This document shows, piece after piece, positions 37,401 through 49,945 of a DNA stretch of 64,000 nt. The notes under the pieces are model-generated. The model saw only the letters and a program-made list of their open reading frames with translations. It made no database searches and was not told the origin of the DNA. This DNA is from Lama glama (lineage: Eukaryota). The translations under genes were made by a program, and so were the position numbers. Location of the stretch: the NCBI GenBank assembly GCA_028534125.1, contig CM052832.1:12648001-12712000 (forward strand), read 5' to 3'. The stretch's first letter is position 1. Each line of letters begins with the position of its first letter.

Positions 37401-38579
37401 ATGGATGTTGTCTGCCCCGCCCCTCCCAATTCCCACTGCTCCCCTCCGGAGCACAAAGGAAACACAGAACTTCAGGCTCCCTTGACCACCCATCTGCCCT
37501 CCCACTCCATCTATCTTCCCTTCAGCTACACCTGGGAGATCAGCCCCCAGGGCCACTGCTCCATTGAATTTACCACTGTTCTTCCAAAATCTGCCGCTCT
37601 GCCTGGCTTTCCTGTCCCAGCAAATGGCAACACCATCCACTGGTCCGAGGCAGAGAGGTGAGTGGCTTCCTAGACTCTCCCCCTCACTTACCCTCCACAT
37701 GCCCTCTCATCACCTCCTTCAGATCTGTTCAAGATGTCACCTCCTTTCCATCCCTACTGTGGCTGCTTTGGCTCAGGCCCTAGACCATGGCCACAGCCTC
37801 TTAACCTGGTCCCTGCCTCCAGTTTTACCCCCTTCCAGGCCAGGGCTGGGAGTAGAGGCAAGTGAGGCACCTGGGGACAAGGTGTAAGGAGGTGCTCAGT
37901 CATATCACGTTGCAGCCCTGCTCCCTACCACTTCAAACTGCAACCAGGCTCTCGCTTCTAAAACATGAATCTGATTAAGATGCCATGTACGCTCAGAACT
38001 GCCCAGGAACTCCCTCCTGTCTGCCTTGATAAAGAATTAGACTCCTTAGAATGGTCCAAAGACCCCACCTGTCTTCCCAGCCTCCTCTCTCTATGCATTT
38101 CATGCTTCAGTCATTCTATTCTTCCTCATGCCTCCATCTTTGCATCCTGGGTCCTGGGCCTAGAACAGCCTTCACTCATCTTCTGTGCTCCCCTAACTCT
38201 TTTTTTTTCTTTTATGAAATATTTAGGATCTACATAAAAGTTATAAATAATAATGAAATTAGTACCCTTGTATGATCAACATCACTCAGCTTAAGAAATA
38301 AAACATTACACACACAGTAGAAGTCCCCTAGGCACCTGTCCCCAGTCACACCCACCTCTCCAATAATTGAGATAACCGCTATCCTGCTTTTGATGTTTAC
38401 TATTTATACAGCATGTGTTTGAATAGTTGAGCAATACATAGTATTGTTTTGAATATTCCGCATGTTTTGAAACTTTAGGGAAATGGTATCACATGGTTTA
38501 TGTTCCTCTACAGCTTGTTTTATTTCATACAACATTATGTATGTGAGATTTATCCACGTTGATTTGTGTAGCTCTAGAT

Positions 38580-38798
38580 CAGAGGTCGGCAAACNNNNNN
38601 NNNNNNNNNNNNNNNNNNNNNNNNNNNNNNNNNNNNNNNNNNNNNNNNNNNNNNNNNNNNNNNNNNNNNNNNNNNNNNNNNNNNNNNNNNNNNNNNNNNN
38701 NNNNNNNNNNNNNNNNNNNNNNNTTCCAATACAACTGTAATTACAAAAATAGGCAGCAAGCTGGATTTGACCTGTGGGCCAGAGTTTGCTGATCCCTG
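38580..38798 (+). mobile_element. MER58 hAT-Charlie DNA transposon (interior in gap)
   Basis: Termini CAGAGGTCGGCAAAC / GTTTGCTGATCCCTG; 8-bp target-site duplication CTCTAGAT (38572-38579) / CTTTAGAC (38799-38806). Confidence 0.85.
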
Positions 38799-38876
38799 CT
38801 TTAGACCATCATTGCTGTATAACTTTTTATTGAAAGGCTATACTACACTTTATTGATCCATTCTTCTATCGATGGG

Positions 38877-39311
38877 TACAGTTGATTGAATTATTCTTCC
38901 TAACTCTTTACTCCACAACTATATAGAACTATGCATTCAAATCCTTTGCCATGTAGAGTAAACAGAGAACGTATCCCTGCCTCAACTTTGAGTTAACTTT
39001 GAATTTGGCCTAATGGAATTTAACCAACAGAAGACTAGAGAATGTGGTGAAAACAGAGGTTTAAATGGTTTAGCTTGGCCTCTTGCAGTCCTGCCATTTG
39101 ACATGAGACAAGCATGCTCCTAGCAAGCCTTTGTCCTTCAGCCTGAGTCCCCAGTGAGGGGTACATGGAGCAGATTCAAGCCTAAGCAGAACCACCCCAG
39201 CTAATCTGAAAGCCTGTGAGCAAGAAATAAATGTTTGTTGTAAGTCACTGAGATTTTTTTTTTAGGATTATTTGTTACCCAGTATTATTTCAGCAGTAGC
39301 TAACTAATACA
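38877..39311 (+). mobile_element. MLT1 (MaLR) solo LTR
   Basis: GAGCAAGAAATAAATGTTTGTTGTAAGTCACTGAGA...GCAGTAGCTAACTAATACA is the typical MLT1 3' end. Confidence 0.8.
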
Positions 39312-41329
39312 AGGGACATTTAAACTATTTCCAGTTTTTTGCTATTGCAACAAAGTACATGATTGTAATATGTCAACTGCAAGTACATCTTCAACTTTTC
39401 TAGTTAATGCTGATTTGTTTTCCAAAGTTTTGTACCAATTTACACTCCACCAAGAGTGTGTCAGAGTTTCCATGGTTCCACATCCTTGTCAACACTTGAT
39501 TTTGTCAGATGTCTGCTGATCTGATGGGTGTGAAATTGCACTGCCTATCTAACTCTTACTCATTCTTTCCTTTTTCTGAGCCTCCTTTCCTAACTCCCCA
39601 GTCTGAACTAGGGCCACATTCTCAATGCATCCAGAGCTCCTTATGCTTGCCTCTCTCACAGTGCTGGTAAGATGGCATTGTATTTATCTTTTAGTCTGTC
39701 ACCTCACAGAGAGCCCCTGTACCCCAGCTCCAGTATAAAGAACACAGTAGGCACTTACTAAATAATTGTTGAGAATGAAGGTTTGATGAGAAACTTGAAT
39801 CAGGCTGGTCAGCTCTTGCCCTAGGGGAGTATACAAGCTGAGATAACTAACTCATCACAGATACAACACACACATCAAGGTGTATAAAAGGTCAGAGACT
39901 GATTGCTTTTCATGTGGGTATCTCACTTGGGCTTTGAATGCTACTTGGTTTTATGCTAAAAGTGTGATCAGACCAAGGTGGGTCTCAGGGGACTAGCAAT
40001 AGCGAGAGAAGTGAGTGAAAGCTAAACTCTACTGGTCCGAGAATGTTTTGTGAGCAAATGCAATCTAAAAAAGCAGGTTACTTGCATAGTAAATAGCTAG
40101 CATTTGTTGCACACTATTCCAAGCACTTTGCACATATATGGAGCTTTATATCAACCCCATGGAGGTAAATGTCAGTGGAGGAAACTGAGAAAAGCGACTT
40201 GCCCAAGGTACACAGCTAATGAGTGGAGGAACCTGGATTGATTTGCACTCAGGCGGTCTGGCTTCAGGACCTGCACTTTTAATCACCATCCTTTCCTGCT
40301 GTTCTGAAAACCATCACACACACACCCAGGCAATAGAGATCAAGGGGCTTGGCCCCTCCAAGAGACCCCTTCTCTGAACCCCTTTGGATGGCATGGTTTT
40401 GTTTGGTGTATCCAAAGGCCAGAGTTTTGACAGATCCTTAGGAAGGCATTTCTGCTGCCAGTTGGCATGATGGAAAGAACACAGGTCTGGGAGCCAGGAG
40501 ACTTGAGTTTTAATCCAAACTCAGCCAAGTCTTCATTTAGGTTATTTCTGTCACAAAAAGAAAAAAAAATTAATAACTTCAAAACTCCCCAAATGAAGAG
40601 GGATGGGTGGTACTGATGGGACACCCAAGGATTGATCCAAGAACTAGACCATGCATTCATTCTGTCCCTTTCTCTCTGGGCTGAGACCAGCATCTCATTC
40701 CAGGGTCAGATTCCTGGGAGATGAAATCTGATTGGCCCAGCTTCAGTCAGGCGTTTTTTTCCTGATCCAATAAGCTGTGACAAGGAATGTGAGATCACAT
40801 AAATCTCAGGAAAGAGGGCCTCTGTGAGCTAGGCAGATATCTCTAGAAGGTGTCTAACAAAGTTACTAATTCACTGTAGACCTTAGGGAAGCCATCTTCC
40901 TGGGATTTGGTTTTCTCATTTGTAAAATGAGAGATTTGATCTGTGTCTTGTTCACCATAATATCTTCTATGCCTGGCACATAGTAGATGCTTAACAAATG
41001 TTTGTTGAATGAATGGACTTGAGTTATCTCTGTATTACTTTCTAATTCTGATAGTCTGTTTTCTAGAATTCTTACATGTGAAATGTGTGGGTGCTGGGAG
41101 ATGACAGGGAGGAAAAAGAGGAAGAGGAATATAGACAGACAGTTGTTGGAAAGCCAGCTTAAGCGGTCTTTTCTCCGGGCACCTTTCCAGTGCCAATCCT
41201 CTGTCCTCAGGAAGGAGGCTTCTGGATGGAATTTGGCTTCTCTAATGGACTCTGTCCCTGGAGGGATAGTGCCCCTTATAAGCTGTTAAAGTGACTTCCT
41301 TACAATAGCCAGCAAAGTACCATTTGGTT

Positions 41330-41750
41330 TGGTAACATGGTCCAAAGGAGAGAACCCTGGATTTGACTCCAATGTCTAGAATCCAGACTCTTCCACTTAT
41401 TACATGACCTGGGTGGGTCACTTAACCCCTCTGAACATCAGAGTCTTCATTTCCAAACAGATATGAGAATATGAAGCTCTACTTCATTTATAGGAATTCT
41501 CAAGGGATAGTACGTGTAAAATTATCCAAAATAATTGAACTACATTTATGGTGTGTGAGGCACAGCATTATGTGCTGAAATGGATTATTTTGTATAATCC
41601 TCACAAGAATTTTATCAGGTACCTACTATTTTATTCCCATTTTACAGATGAGGGAACTGAGGCTCAGAGGTTAAGTAACTTGCACAAGGTCTCCCAGTTG
41701 ATGAGCAGCAGAGCCAGGTGCCACACTCTGAACCACTAAGCTCTACTGCC
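41330..41750. mobile_element. Two MIR SINEs in opposite orientation
   Basis: + strand CACTTAACCCCTCTGAACATCAG; - strand CCCATTTTACAGATGAGGGAACTGAGGCTCAGAGGTTAAGTAACTTGC. Confidence 0.8.
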
Positions 41751-44700
41751 TTTATTTACCGCCCAGCAACAGACAGATACATGACAACGTCCTGATAATT
41801 ACTACTATTATGTCCTGGGGCCTATGCTCCCTTGGATAAGCTAAACATTGAGATTCCAAATGTGTGGACCCAGGAGACCAAAATTTGGAAATAGAACTTA
41901 AGAGTTCCCTCAGAGAAAACAAAATAAATAAACAAAGAACCCCTTAATCTACAAACTATATGAATTAAGAAATCTCTGGGCTGTAAGTGAGAGAAGCCCA
42001 GCTCAAAACTCAAAAAGGGGGATTTATTGGCCTTCATCCTGGGAGGGGCAAAGGTGAGGCACCAGGAACCTAAGCTCCATATATCCACTCTCTCACCATC
42101 TCTCAAATCTCTCCTCCCTCACAGCTGCTGCTTTATGCATGCCACCTGCCTCCCCTCTTACTCCACAGGAACTTCTTTTCACAGAAGAGGGCATAGCCAC
42201 TGGCAGTTCCAGGATCACACCCCAACAGCTCTGCATCCAGAGCTGGGATGATATTTCATTTCCCAGCTAGAGGTTAAGAATCTCAGTGAAGAACTCCTGT
42301 TGGTCTATCTTGAGTTATGTGTTCTCCCCTCCTAAACAACCGCTATGGACCGGACCATGTGGTTCTATGATTGGCTGCCCAGCTTGGGTCATAAGCCCCT
42401 ATGTGACCAGTGGGAATGTGTCTGTTATCAGAAAGGAGGGGGGCAGATATAAACTCTGGAGGGATCGCTGAAGCCAATGGTCACCTCAATTTGTGTCCTT
42501 TCCAACTGGTGACCTCAACCTTTCCTCCTTCTCAATCCACATCTACTAGTAAAAAGTCACCTAATGGGCTATTAGTTTCATATTCCTGTCTCCTTCACAG
42601 AGCTTCTGGTGGTCTTTATAGATGGAGGGGTGGGCCTGGCCTCTTCTGCATGCCAGCCACTTCGTTCATGGATGTACCTCAGCTTCCTTGTCTGCAAAGT
42701 GGGGGTGACTTAACCTGCCCGTCTTTCCTTTCGTTGCTGTGTGAGGCCCCATAGAGCTAATGGATGTGAAAATTGCCTTAGAAAGAACAAGGTGCCATAT
42801 TTACAAACACAGGATATATTTATTGATTTATTTATGCACTTTTGTGTTCCAAACAACGATTTGAGGTAGTTTATCAAAATGTACACAATACAGTGGGATA
42901 AAAATAGATAAAGTGACAGAGCAAAGGGAAAACAAGGGTAGAAAAAAAATAAAGCCAAGGAGCATGCTAGTACATGGAAACCTATGCTCAAAATCCCTGA
43001 ACAAGTTTGGATGTACGCTTCCTCATGAGCAAAAAAGTGAGATGCGTGATCAGTTACAAAAGGTACAGTAGCCATAAGGTAAGAACATATATCAGCATTC
43101 CGGGAAAGGCCATGTGGCTTTGCTCGGCAGTAATGTCCGATAGAAATTTCTTCCTATCAAGAAGATATTATGGGATGGACTGATCTGCACATTCATTAAT
43201 ATTTAGATTCCTGTCCTTTTATTTCCATGATGTCACCTGATATCTACTTCAGGGTCTCATGTGGGTTCATAATCTATTTATGACTTAATTTAATTTAGCT
43301 AAAATTACTGGATACCAAATAAATAGTTAGCAAAAACATTATTTTCATCTCTTTTGCTTTTCTTTCTACTTATGGGAAAATGAGGTGGAGTGCAAGGAAT
43401 GGTACCTGAGTTCCCCAGTGAAGTATATATGGGACAAAAAAGTTCGAGCATCTTGGCTTAGCTGAAACATATAAAAATCACTAAGACATAAAACTGATCC
43501 AAGCAGGCCATAAAGGCACCGCTGCCTTTGCCTCAGAACCTGGGCTATAATCTGCTGTCCTGGAACAAAATTCAAACATAAATCAGTCTCCACTGTATTT
43601 TTAACCACCTAGGAAATTCTTCATTTCCTGCCTGAAATGTTTTTGACAGTGAACGATTCCTCTCTCCCCAACTCCTGCTCTGAGAAGGTGCACTAGGGGC
43701 AGTGGTGGGGGTGGTGGTTCCAGGTCTGCGCCCCAAGTCAGGCAAACCCAGGATAGGGCAAGGGATAGAAGAATTGACCTAAGGGTCTGCATGACAAATA
43801 AAGCAGGGCTGTGGCTAGCCTATACAGTGCTTTTGTCCAGAGTTTGAAAAGGGCACACCCCTGTAGGCACAGCAAGCCCTTGGGTTCCCATCTCTCCTCT
43901 GTCTCCACGTAACCCAATCTTGCCTATCCTCAAGGACCTATAGCCTCCACAAAGCCACTCCCAATGTCCACAGCATTCTCTGTTTTTCTGAGCTTCTAAT
44001 GCATCAACAGTAAGTATCAGACAGCTGGCTTTTAATTATATGATGTCTGACATTCACTATTTGATGCTGTCAGTCTGTCTCTCTAACTAGATTGAAGATA
44101 TCTTGAGGGTTAGTGATTGGTTCTTATTTTATGTGTCTACCTTACAGCCAACGAGGGTGCCTTACATCTGGGTACTTTACAGATAACAAGGTCACTAAAA
44201 ACATAATCCTAGAGTGTCTAAGCTATCTTGTTCTCCCACTGTGCTCATTTCACAGACAAGGAAGTTGAGAGCCAAAGTTGAGACATGACCTGCCCAAGGT
44301 CATGCAGTGAAAACCTGACCTAGCCAGGAGTGAACCCAGTTCTGTCTGTCAATGCAGTGCTCAATTTCCCTTAAATTAAGCTCTGAAACTCCCAAATAGA
44401 CAGTTCAGGACCACAGCTCACTGGAAGACAAAGACAGGCAGACAGACAGCTGGCTCATCACAGTAATCCATTTGCGTGTGGGCAGAATTTCCAGCACAAA
44501 GCCAAGCAAAGACGCGTTAGGCTCAGCAAACAGTCCCTCTGGGAATCAAAGTTGACCTTTGTATGTACCGGGGGATGGAAGGACTTCCGTGGGTTTCTTG
44601 GGGCTCTTTCAGCCACTCTAGCACCACGGGGCTCACCACTGTCTGTAATGACTGGGCACATGAAACTCAGAATTGATGGTCTCAGCAAGAGTCAAAGAGG

Positions 44701-45842
44701 TGGAGAGGGTGTCACCTCTCTGCGGAGAGAAACTTGTGTATGTTGGTGGCTGCCTTTTGCAATAAACTACGCACACTTGATAGCAGGAAACAACCCAAGT
44801 ATTTGCCCCAAACTCCTTATGACAGATGCTTTACAATAATGTCAAAGCTGATAGAAACCAACATCAAAACAATAACAATATATGTACAGCAACAATTGCT
44901 AAGCGAAATCGTATAATGAAAAGCTGGCAGCAGTCGCATCAGTCCTGCTGAGTCTCTCCTGGTCACTCACAAGCTGTAGAACCGATCACTTAGTAATTCT
45001 CACAACGACCCCATAAGTCTGACATGACGAGCTTGTTTTACAGACATGGAAACCAAGGCTCAGCGAGTTTAAGTATCTTGCCCCAAATCACACAGCTGCT
45101 AAGTGGCAGAGCTAGGACTGGAATCCAGGTCGGCCTCACTGCAAAAGCCCCCCCCTTTCACTAGGACCCACATAGGCTCTTATTCCAGCTCCATTTCAAG
45201 TATTTTGTCCCACTATCAGAACCGTGGGACAAGGTATGGTTTGGAAAATCCAAGGCTCCTTGGGGAGAAGGATGACAGCTCAGCCATCATTTCTCAGGGA
45301 ATGGGGGAGAAAGACAAGGGACTAACATGAAGGGCACCCAGATCTCTGCGGCTTTTTCTCGGTGCCAAAATGCAGAAGGAACCACTTTTAAAAGAACACA
45401 GTGTTTTTCCTCCTCTTCTCACCTCCCCTGGGCCTGTGCCTGTGATAATTGGGAAGCACACAGTCTGGTTTTCTGGGATTGGAACCAATGCTGTGAAGAG
45501 TGTTCTGACAATAAATGCTGTTGATTGACAGTTGATGGACAATGTTCTTGGGTAAGTTCTTTTCTGGGCTGGGTGTTAAGCTGAGAGCTGCACTAAACAA
45601 CTGCTCAGCAGCCTGTTTCCTGTTCAGATAGAATTTACTACACTTTTCCTCTGTAGGCCTTAGCCAGGCTGCCAGGCGAGATGGTATCTCAGGTCCCCTT
45701 CAGCTCCATCATTCCATGACTCTATCAAGAAGAGAACACAGATCTGAAAACGTTTTTTTTTTTCCCCAAACACTGAGTTGGGGTTATTATTCATACAGAG
45801 AGCTAACTGGTCAGAAAATAAGGAGCTTTGATTCAGTCTCAT

Positions 45843-46010
45843 GATTTTTTTTTAATTGAGTTTTAGTCATTTTACAATGTTGTGTCAAATTCCAGTGTAG
45901 AGCACAATTTTTCAGTTATACATGAACATACATACATTCATTGTCACATTCTTTCGCTGTGAGCCACCACAAGATCCTGTATATATTTCCCTGTGCTACA
46001 TAGTACAATC
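45843..46010 (-). mobile_element. Short, 5'-truncated young L1 3' end (artiodactyl/camelid type) with target-site duplication
   Basis: Poly(T) then AATTGAGTTTTAGTCATTTTACAATGTTGTGTCAAATTCCAGTGTAGAGC...; flanked by CAGTCTCAT at 45834-45842 and 46011-46019. Confidence 0.85.
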
Positions 46011-46889
46011 CAGTCTCATACTCTTTGACTCAGTAATTCCACTTGTGCAAATTTATCTTAAAGAAAGAATTCAGAAGGACAGAGCTTTCTACACAAACAT
46101 GTTTGCTTTAGCATTATTCACAGGTACTGTCCAATAAAATAGTGTTCAGTACAAGAATGTGGTGTATTCACTTGGTGGCATATACAGCCATCACAAAGGA
46201 TGATTTCGAGACATGGAAAAATGTATATGACAATGTTTTTCAAATTGCAGTTCAATATTAATGACTCATGAAATAATAGGTCTCCTGCTACCAACTTATG
46301 TTTTAATTAAATAGACTAGATTAGAAAATATCTGAGCGCATCACAGGTGGTAAAGGTGTTTATCGGGAATCAGTTATATGAGTAACTGGGCTATGACACA
46401 AAATTGTATCTTTTTCATCAGATCATAGTCAAAGCATCTCAAAGGATACGGGTCTACAGCGTACTGTATAACAGAATTACCACAGCATCAAGTACTATGT
46501 CCGAGACCAAGACTGGACGGGAATACACAGAAACAAAGACAGAAACTGTGTTGAGTGGTAGGATAAAGGATGGTATTTTTCACTTAGAAGTTTTCTGTGA
46601 TGTTTGTGGGCTGTTCTTACAATAAAACAAGAAAAATGATAAAAAGGAGGAATAAGAACATAAGCTCATCAGATCCCAAAGAGCCACGGAGCTCAAGATG
46701 GGACTTCGGGGAGGAGCAGTGCTTTGGGACGGGCCTTGAAGGCTGGAGAGATCTTGACAGAATGAAGGGGGGGGGAACTGGCCTCAGCTGGGCGGGGTGG
46801 TCACTAAAAGGATGAAGAGCACAGAAGACGATGGCGTGAAAAAAGTCTCTCTAGGCTGTTAAGTGGCTTTGAATTAGTAAAGAAAGAGG

Positions 46890-47138
46890 CAGCTCCACCC
46901 CTGGGCGGGCCACCGCTCCTCCCGGGCCAATCTAGTTACTCTCCTCTCACGGCCCGCTAGGCGGAGGCTTCAAATAGTGATTGCCCCTCATAAACATGGC
47001 CGCGCCAAGATGGCGACTGCCAGCAGCCCCACCTCCCGCCACCCCGGCGGCCAATGAGGAAGAAGCACGAGTCTTTGCGCATGCGTGGTGCCACTGGTGG
47101 GCGCGTCCAATAATGACTGCGGGATTCCGGCAAGTAAC
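46890..47138 (+). promoter_or_regulatory. CCDC167: CCDC167 TATA-less CpG-island promoter
   Basis: CCAAT boxes at 46927, 47051 and 47107; YY1-type motifs AACATGGCCGC (46993-47003) and CAAGATGGCGAC (47006-47017); NRF1 palindrome TGCGCATGCG (47076-47085); GC boxes; lies directly upstream of the ATG. Confidence 0.85.
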
Positions 47139-47180
47139 ATGACTAAAAAGAAGCGGGAGAATCTGGGCGTCGCTGTAGAG
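47139..47180 (+). CDS. CCDC167: CCDC167 coding exon 1 (MTKKKRENLGVAVE)
   Basis: ATG in AACATGA context; recalled CCDC167 N-terminus; donor GAG|GTAAGG, phase 0. Confidence 0.95.
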
Positions 47181-48438
47181 GTAAGGGGAGAAATTGGGGG
47201 TAGGCTACACCGTTAACTGCTTTCTCCCTGCGGCGGGGTTGTGGTCGGCCAGGCCGCAGGTTGGAGGTAGAGGTGAGGGGAGAAAGCGAAGACGACGTGG
47301 GTTTCGGAGAGGAACGCGAGGATCGTGAGAGGGCCGGATGGGGGAACCGAATGTTGGAGAGCCGGACGGCGGGGGTGGGGGTAGGGAGACGAGAGGTGGG
47401 AACAGAAAGTGAGGGGACCTCCAGAGGGAAGAGACACGGAGGTGAAGGGGAGCCCCAAACGGTGTGGGACACGGAAATCGTCCCTGAGGGAGACGTTTAA
47501 ATAAAGGAGAGTCAAAAGGGGCAGGTACTCGGAGGTAAGGGGGATCCCAAAGGGGTAGAGACCTATAGATGAGGGGCCCTCCAAAGATGAGGAAGACCAT
47601 ACTGTTTAATATATTACCGGTGGGTTAAATGTCCCCTGAGATGGGAAATTTTTCCTCTGGGGTCGTGAAGCGTGTAGCTTGAAAATTACTCTGGGGACCT
47701 ATGGGAATTTGTAGAGAATTCTGGAATGATGGTGTTCCCAAAGAGCTTACAAATAATTATATTTGGAAGGGAAAGAAAATTGATACGTATTGAGCAATTG
47801 CTATGTTATTTACACTCTTGGTTAATTCTCATTACAAGCCTATGAGATTTTTATGGATGAGGAAGGGAAATAGGTTTCAAGTAGAGCCCAGGTTAAAGTG
47901 GTTGAGGCGCTGAGAATCATGCACAGGTGATTTGCTTTCTGGTGCATCTTGTTCCTCCTGTGTTACAGTTCTTTTAGATCACTCTCCCAGGGGTTGCAAG
48001 AAAGATACGGGGTAACAGTCTTCTTGAGCTTTTTGCCAGTTCAGTGATTCTCAAACGTAAGAATATATTGAGAATTATCTGTGTTGTTAAAAATGGAAAG
48101 TTGAATTTTCCCCCATCCTGAGTAATTCAGTAGGACTTGGGTATGTAAATAATTTAACAAAGAACCTGCATTGTAGACAAGTAACACCCATGCTTATGCA
48201 AGAGGTTTTAGTACCATCCCTTGAGAAATATTTACCTACTTGATAGGAAAGAAGGTTGATGGAAATGTGAATCCCCTTGTAAAAGAGAATATAGATGGTA
48301 AAATGAGATGGCACTATGAAGTGGGAAGAGCATAGATTTTATAGCCTGTATTAGGATATGATAAATTGCTATAAGAGGGAAACCCTAGCATTCAGTGGCT
48401 TCAAGAATAAGATTTTCTTTTTTTCCGACACGCTGAAG

Positions 48439-49261
48439 CAGGGATTGGCAGATGTTGTCTAAAAAGGATCAGATAGTAAATATTTTAGGCTTTTTGGGCT
48501 GTATTGTTTCTGTTGCAACTGCAGTTGATCCTCATTATTCAGATATTTTGTATTTGTGAATTTGTCTACTTGCTAAAATGTTTGTAACCCCTACTTCAGT
48601 ACTTGAAAGACTTGTAGTAATTAACAAACTGAAAGCAGTGAGATTTGATTCACCTGAGGCCCACGTGTCCACTTAAGATTGAACAAGGCAATGCTGTGTC
48701 TTTCAGTTCTTCAATGTGCTGTAAACAAGTGTCCTTTTTCTGGTTTATTTACTACCATGTTTCTTGCATTTTTTTTTTTATTGGTGATTTTGCTGTTTAA
48801 AAACAGCCCACAAGTGTAGTGCTGAAGTACTGTTAGCTTTCCAAAGTGCAAGAAGGCTGTGGCATGCCATGCAGAGAAAATGTATATGTTAGATATGCTT
48901 TTTCAGGCATGAGTTTTTGTGCTGTTGGATGTGAGTTCATTGTTAATGAATCAACAATATATATTAAATAAGGTCTCTTTAAATAGAAACACACACAAAA
49001 CAAGATTTTGTATTGATTAGCTGATAAAAATACTGAGACCAGAGGCTCCTAGGAACCTAACCTGGTTCAGTATTTGCTAATTCATTGTTGGCATCTTTAT
49101 AAACTATCGCAAATAATGAGAGTCAGCTATACTCAGATAGGCTGTCTTAGCACAAAAGCAGCCATAGACAGTATAGAAATTAATGAGTGTTCCAATAAAA
49201 CTGTATTTATAGAAACTAGTGGACTGTATTTGGCCCACAGACCATAGTTTGCTAACTCCTG
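48439..49261 (+). mobile_element. MER58A hAT-Charlie transposon split by MER82
   Basis: 5' part CAGGGATTGGCAG...GATAGTAAATATTTTAGGCTTT...TCTGTTGCAACT; 3' part TACTCA...AAAGCAGCCATAGAC...TTTGGCCCACAGACCATAGTTTGCTAACTCCTG followed by GTCTAGAG. Confidence 0.85.
48522..49129 (+). mobile_element. MER82-like TcMar-Tigger DNA transposon
   Basis: Inverted termini CAGTTGATCCTCATTATTC / AAATAATGAGAGTCAGCTA; inserted at a TA-type site; ~600-bp body. Confidence 0.8.
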
Positions 49262-49829
49262 GTCTAGAGTATCAGGACAGTAGTGGTTCTGCCATATTCC
49301 TTCCATCTTGTGGCTCTGCCATCCCCCAGGACCTTGTTGTCACCTCATGAATGAAACTAGGTTGCACACCATTGAGGCGTCCACTGATAGGGAAAGAGTG
49401 GAGGAAGCACACTCACTGCCGTACTGGGCTCCAAGTGCTCACTCTCTGTTGGTTAAAAAGTAGCTCAGATGCAAGGCCTCACTTACTGCAAGGGAGGTGG
49501 CATTCATCAGCTAGGAGGCTGCGAGCCCTACTACAGGGCCATTACTGTGGAAAAAGGGGTGAGTGTGTTTTAGTGGATGGCTGGCAGTCTCCTTAGCAGA
49601 CTGCATCTTACCTCACAGTGTAGGTTTGAGGATTAAATGAGACAATGTATGTAAAGTGCCTAGAACATGCCTACACACAGTGAATAATCAACAAACAGTG
49701 CTTTCTTATCAGTAGCCTTTGTAGTTCTTTTGCGTCCTTCCATCATGGCCCCTTGTTTGAACTTTTGTTTCCTCATCTGTAACATGAAGGACTTGAACTT
49801 CACTGGGGGTTACAGACTCACTGACTATG

Positions 49830-49945
49830 GTCCAAATATGGATCATAGATGATCATAAGTGTCTTTTGTTTGGCTGACACAGGTTTTGTCCAAATATGGA
49901 TCATAGATGATCATAGGTGTCTTTTGTTTGGCTGACACAGGTTTT
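49830..49945. repeat. 58-bp direct tandem duplication (2 copies, 1 mismatch)
   Basis: GTCCAAATATGGATCATAGATGATCATA[A/G]GTGTCTTTTGTTTGGCTGACACAGGTTTT at 49830-49887 and 49888-49945. Confidence 0.95.

Larger units (their letters stand above)
38200..39545 (-). mobile_element. Old L1 fragment interrupted by a MER58 and an MLT1 LTR
   Basis: Antisense L1 text (CAACATTATGTATGTGAGATTTATCCACGTTG; GATGG...GACATTTAAACTATTTCCAG; GTACCAATTTACACTCCACC; CATCCTTGTCAACACTTG) resumes after each insert. Confidence 0.75.
48346..49595. mobile_element. MLT1-type LTR split by MER58A, in CCDC167 intron 1
   Basis: TGTATTAGG...CAGTGGCTT on the left; TCCTTCCATCTTGTGGCTCTGCCATCCCC on the right of the MER58A. Confidence 0.6.
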
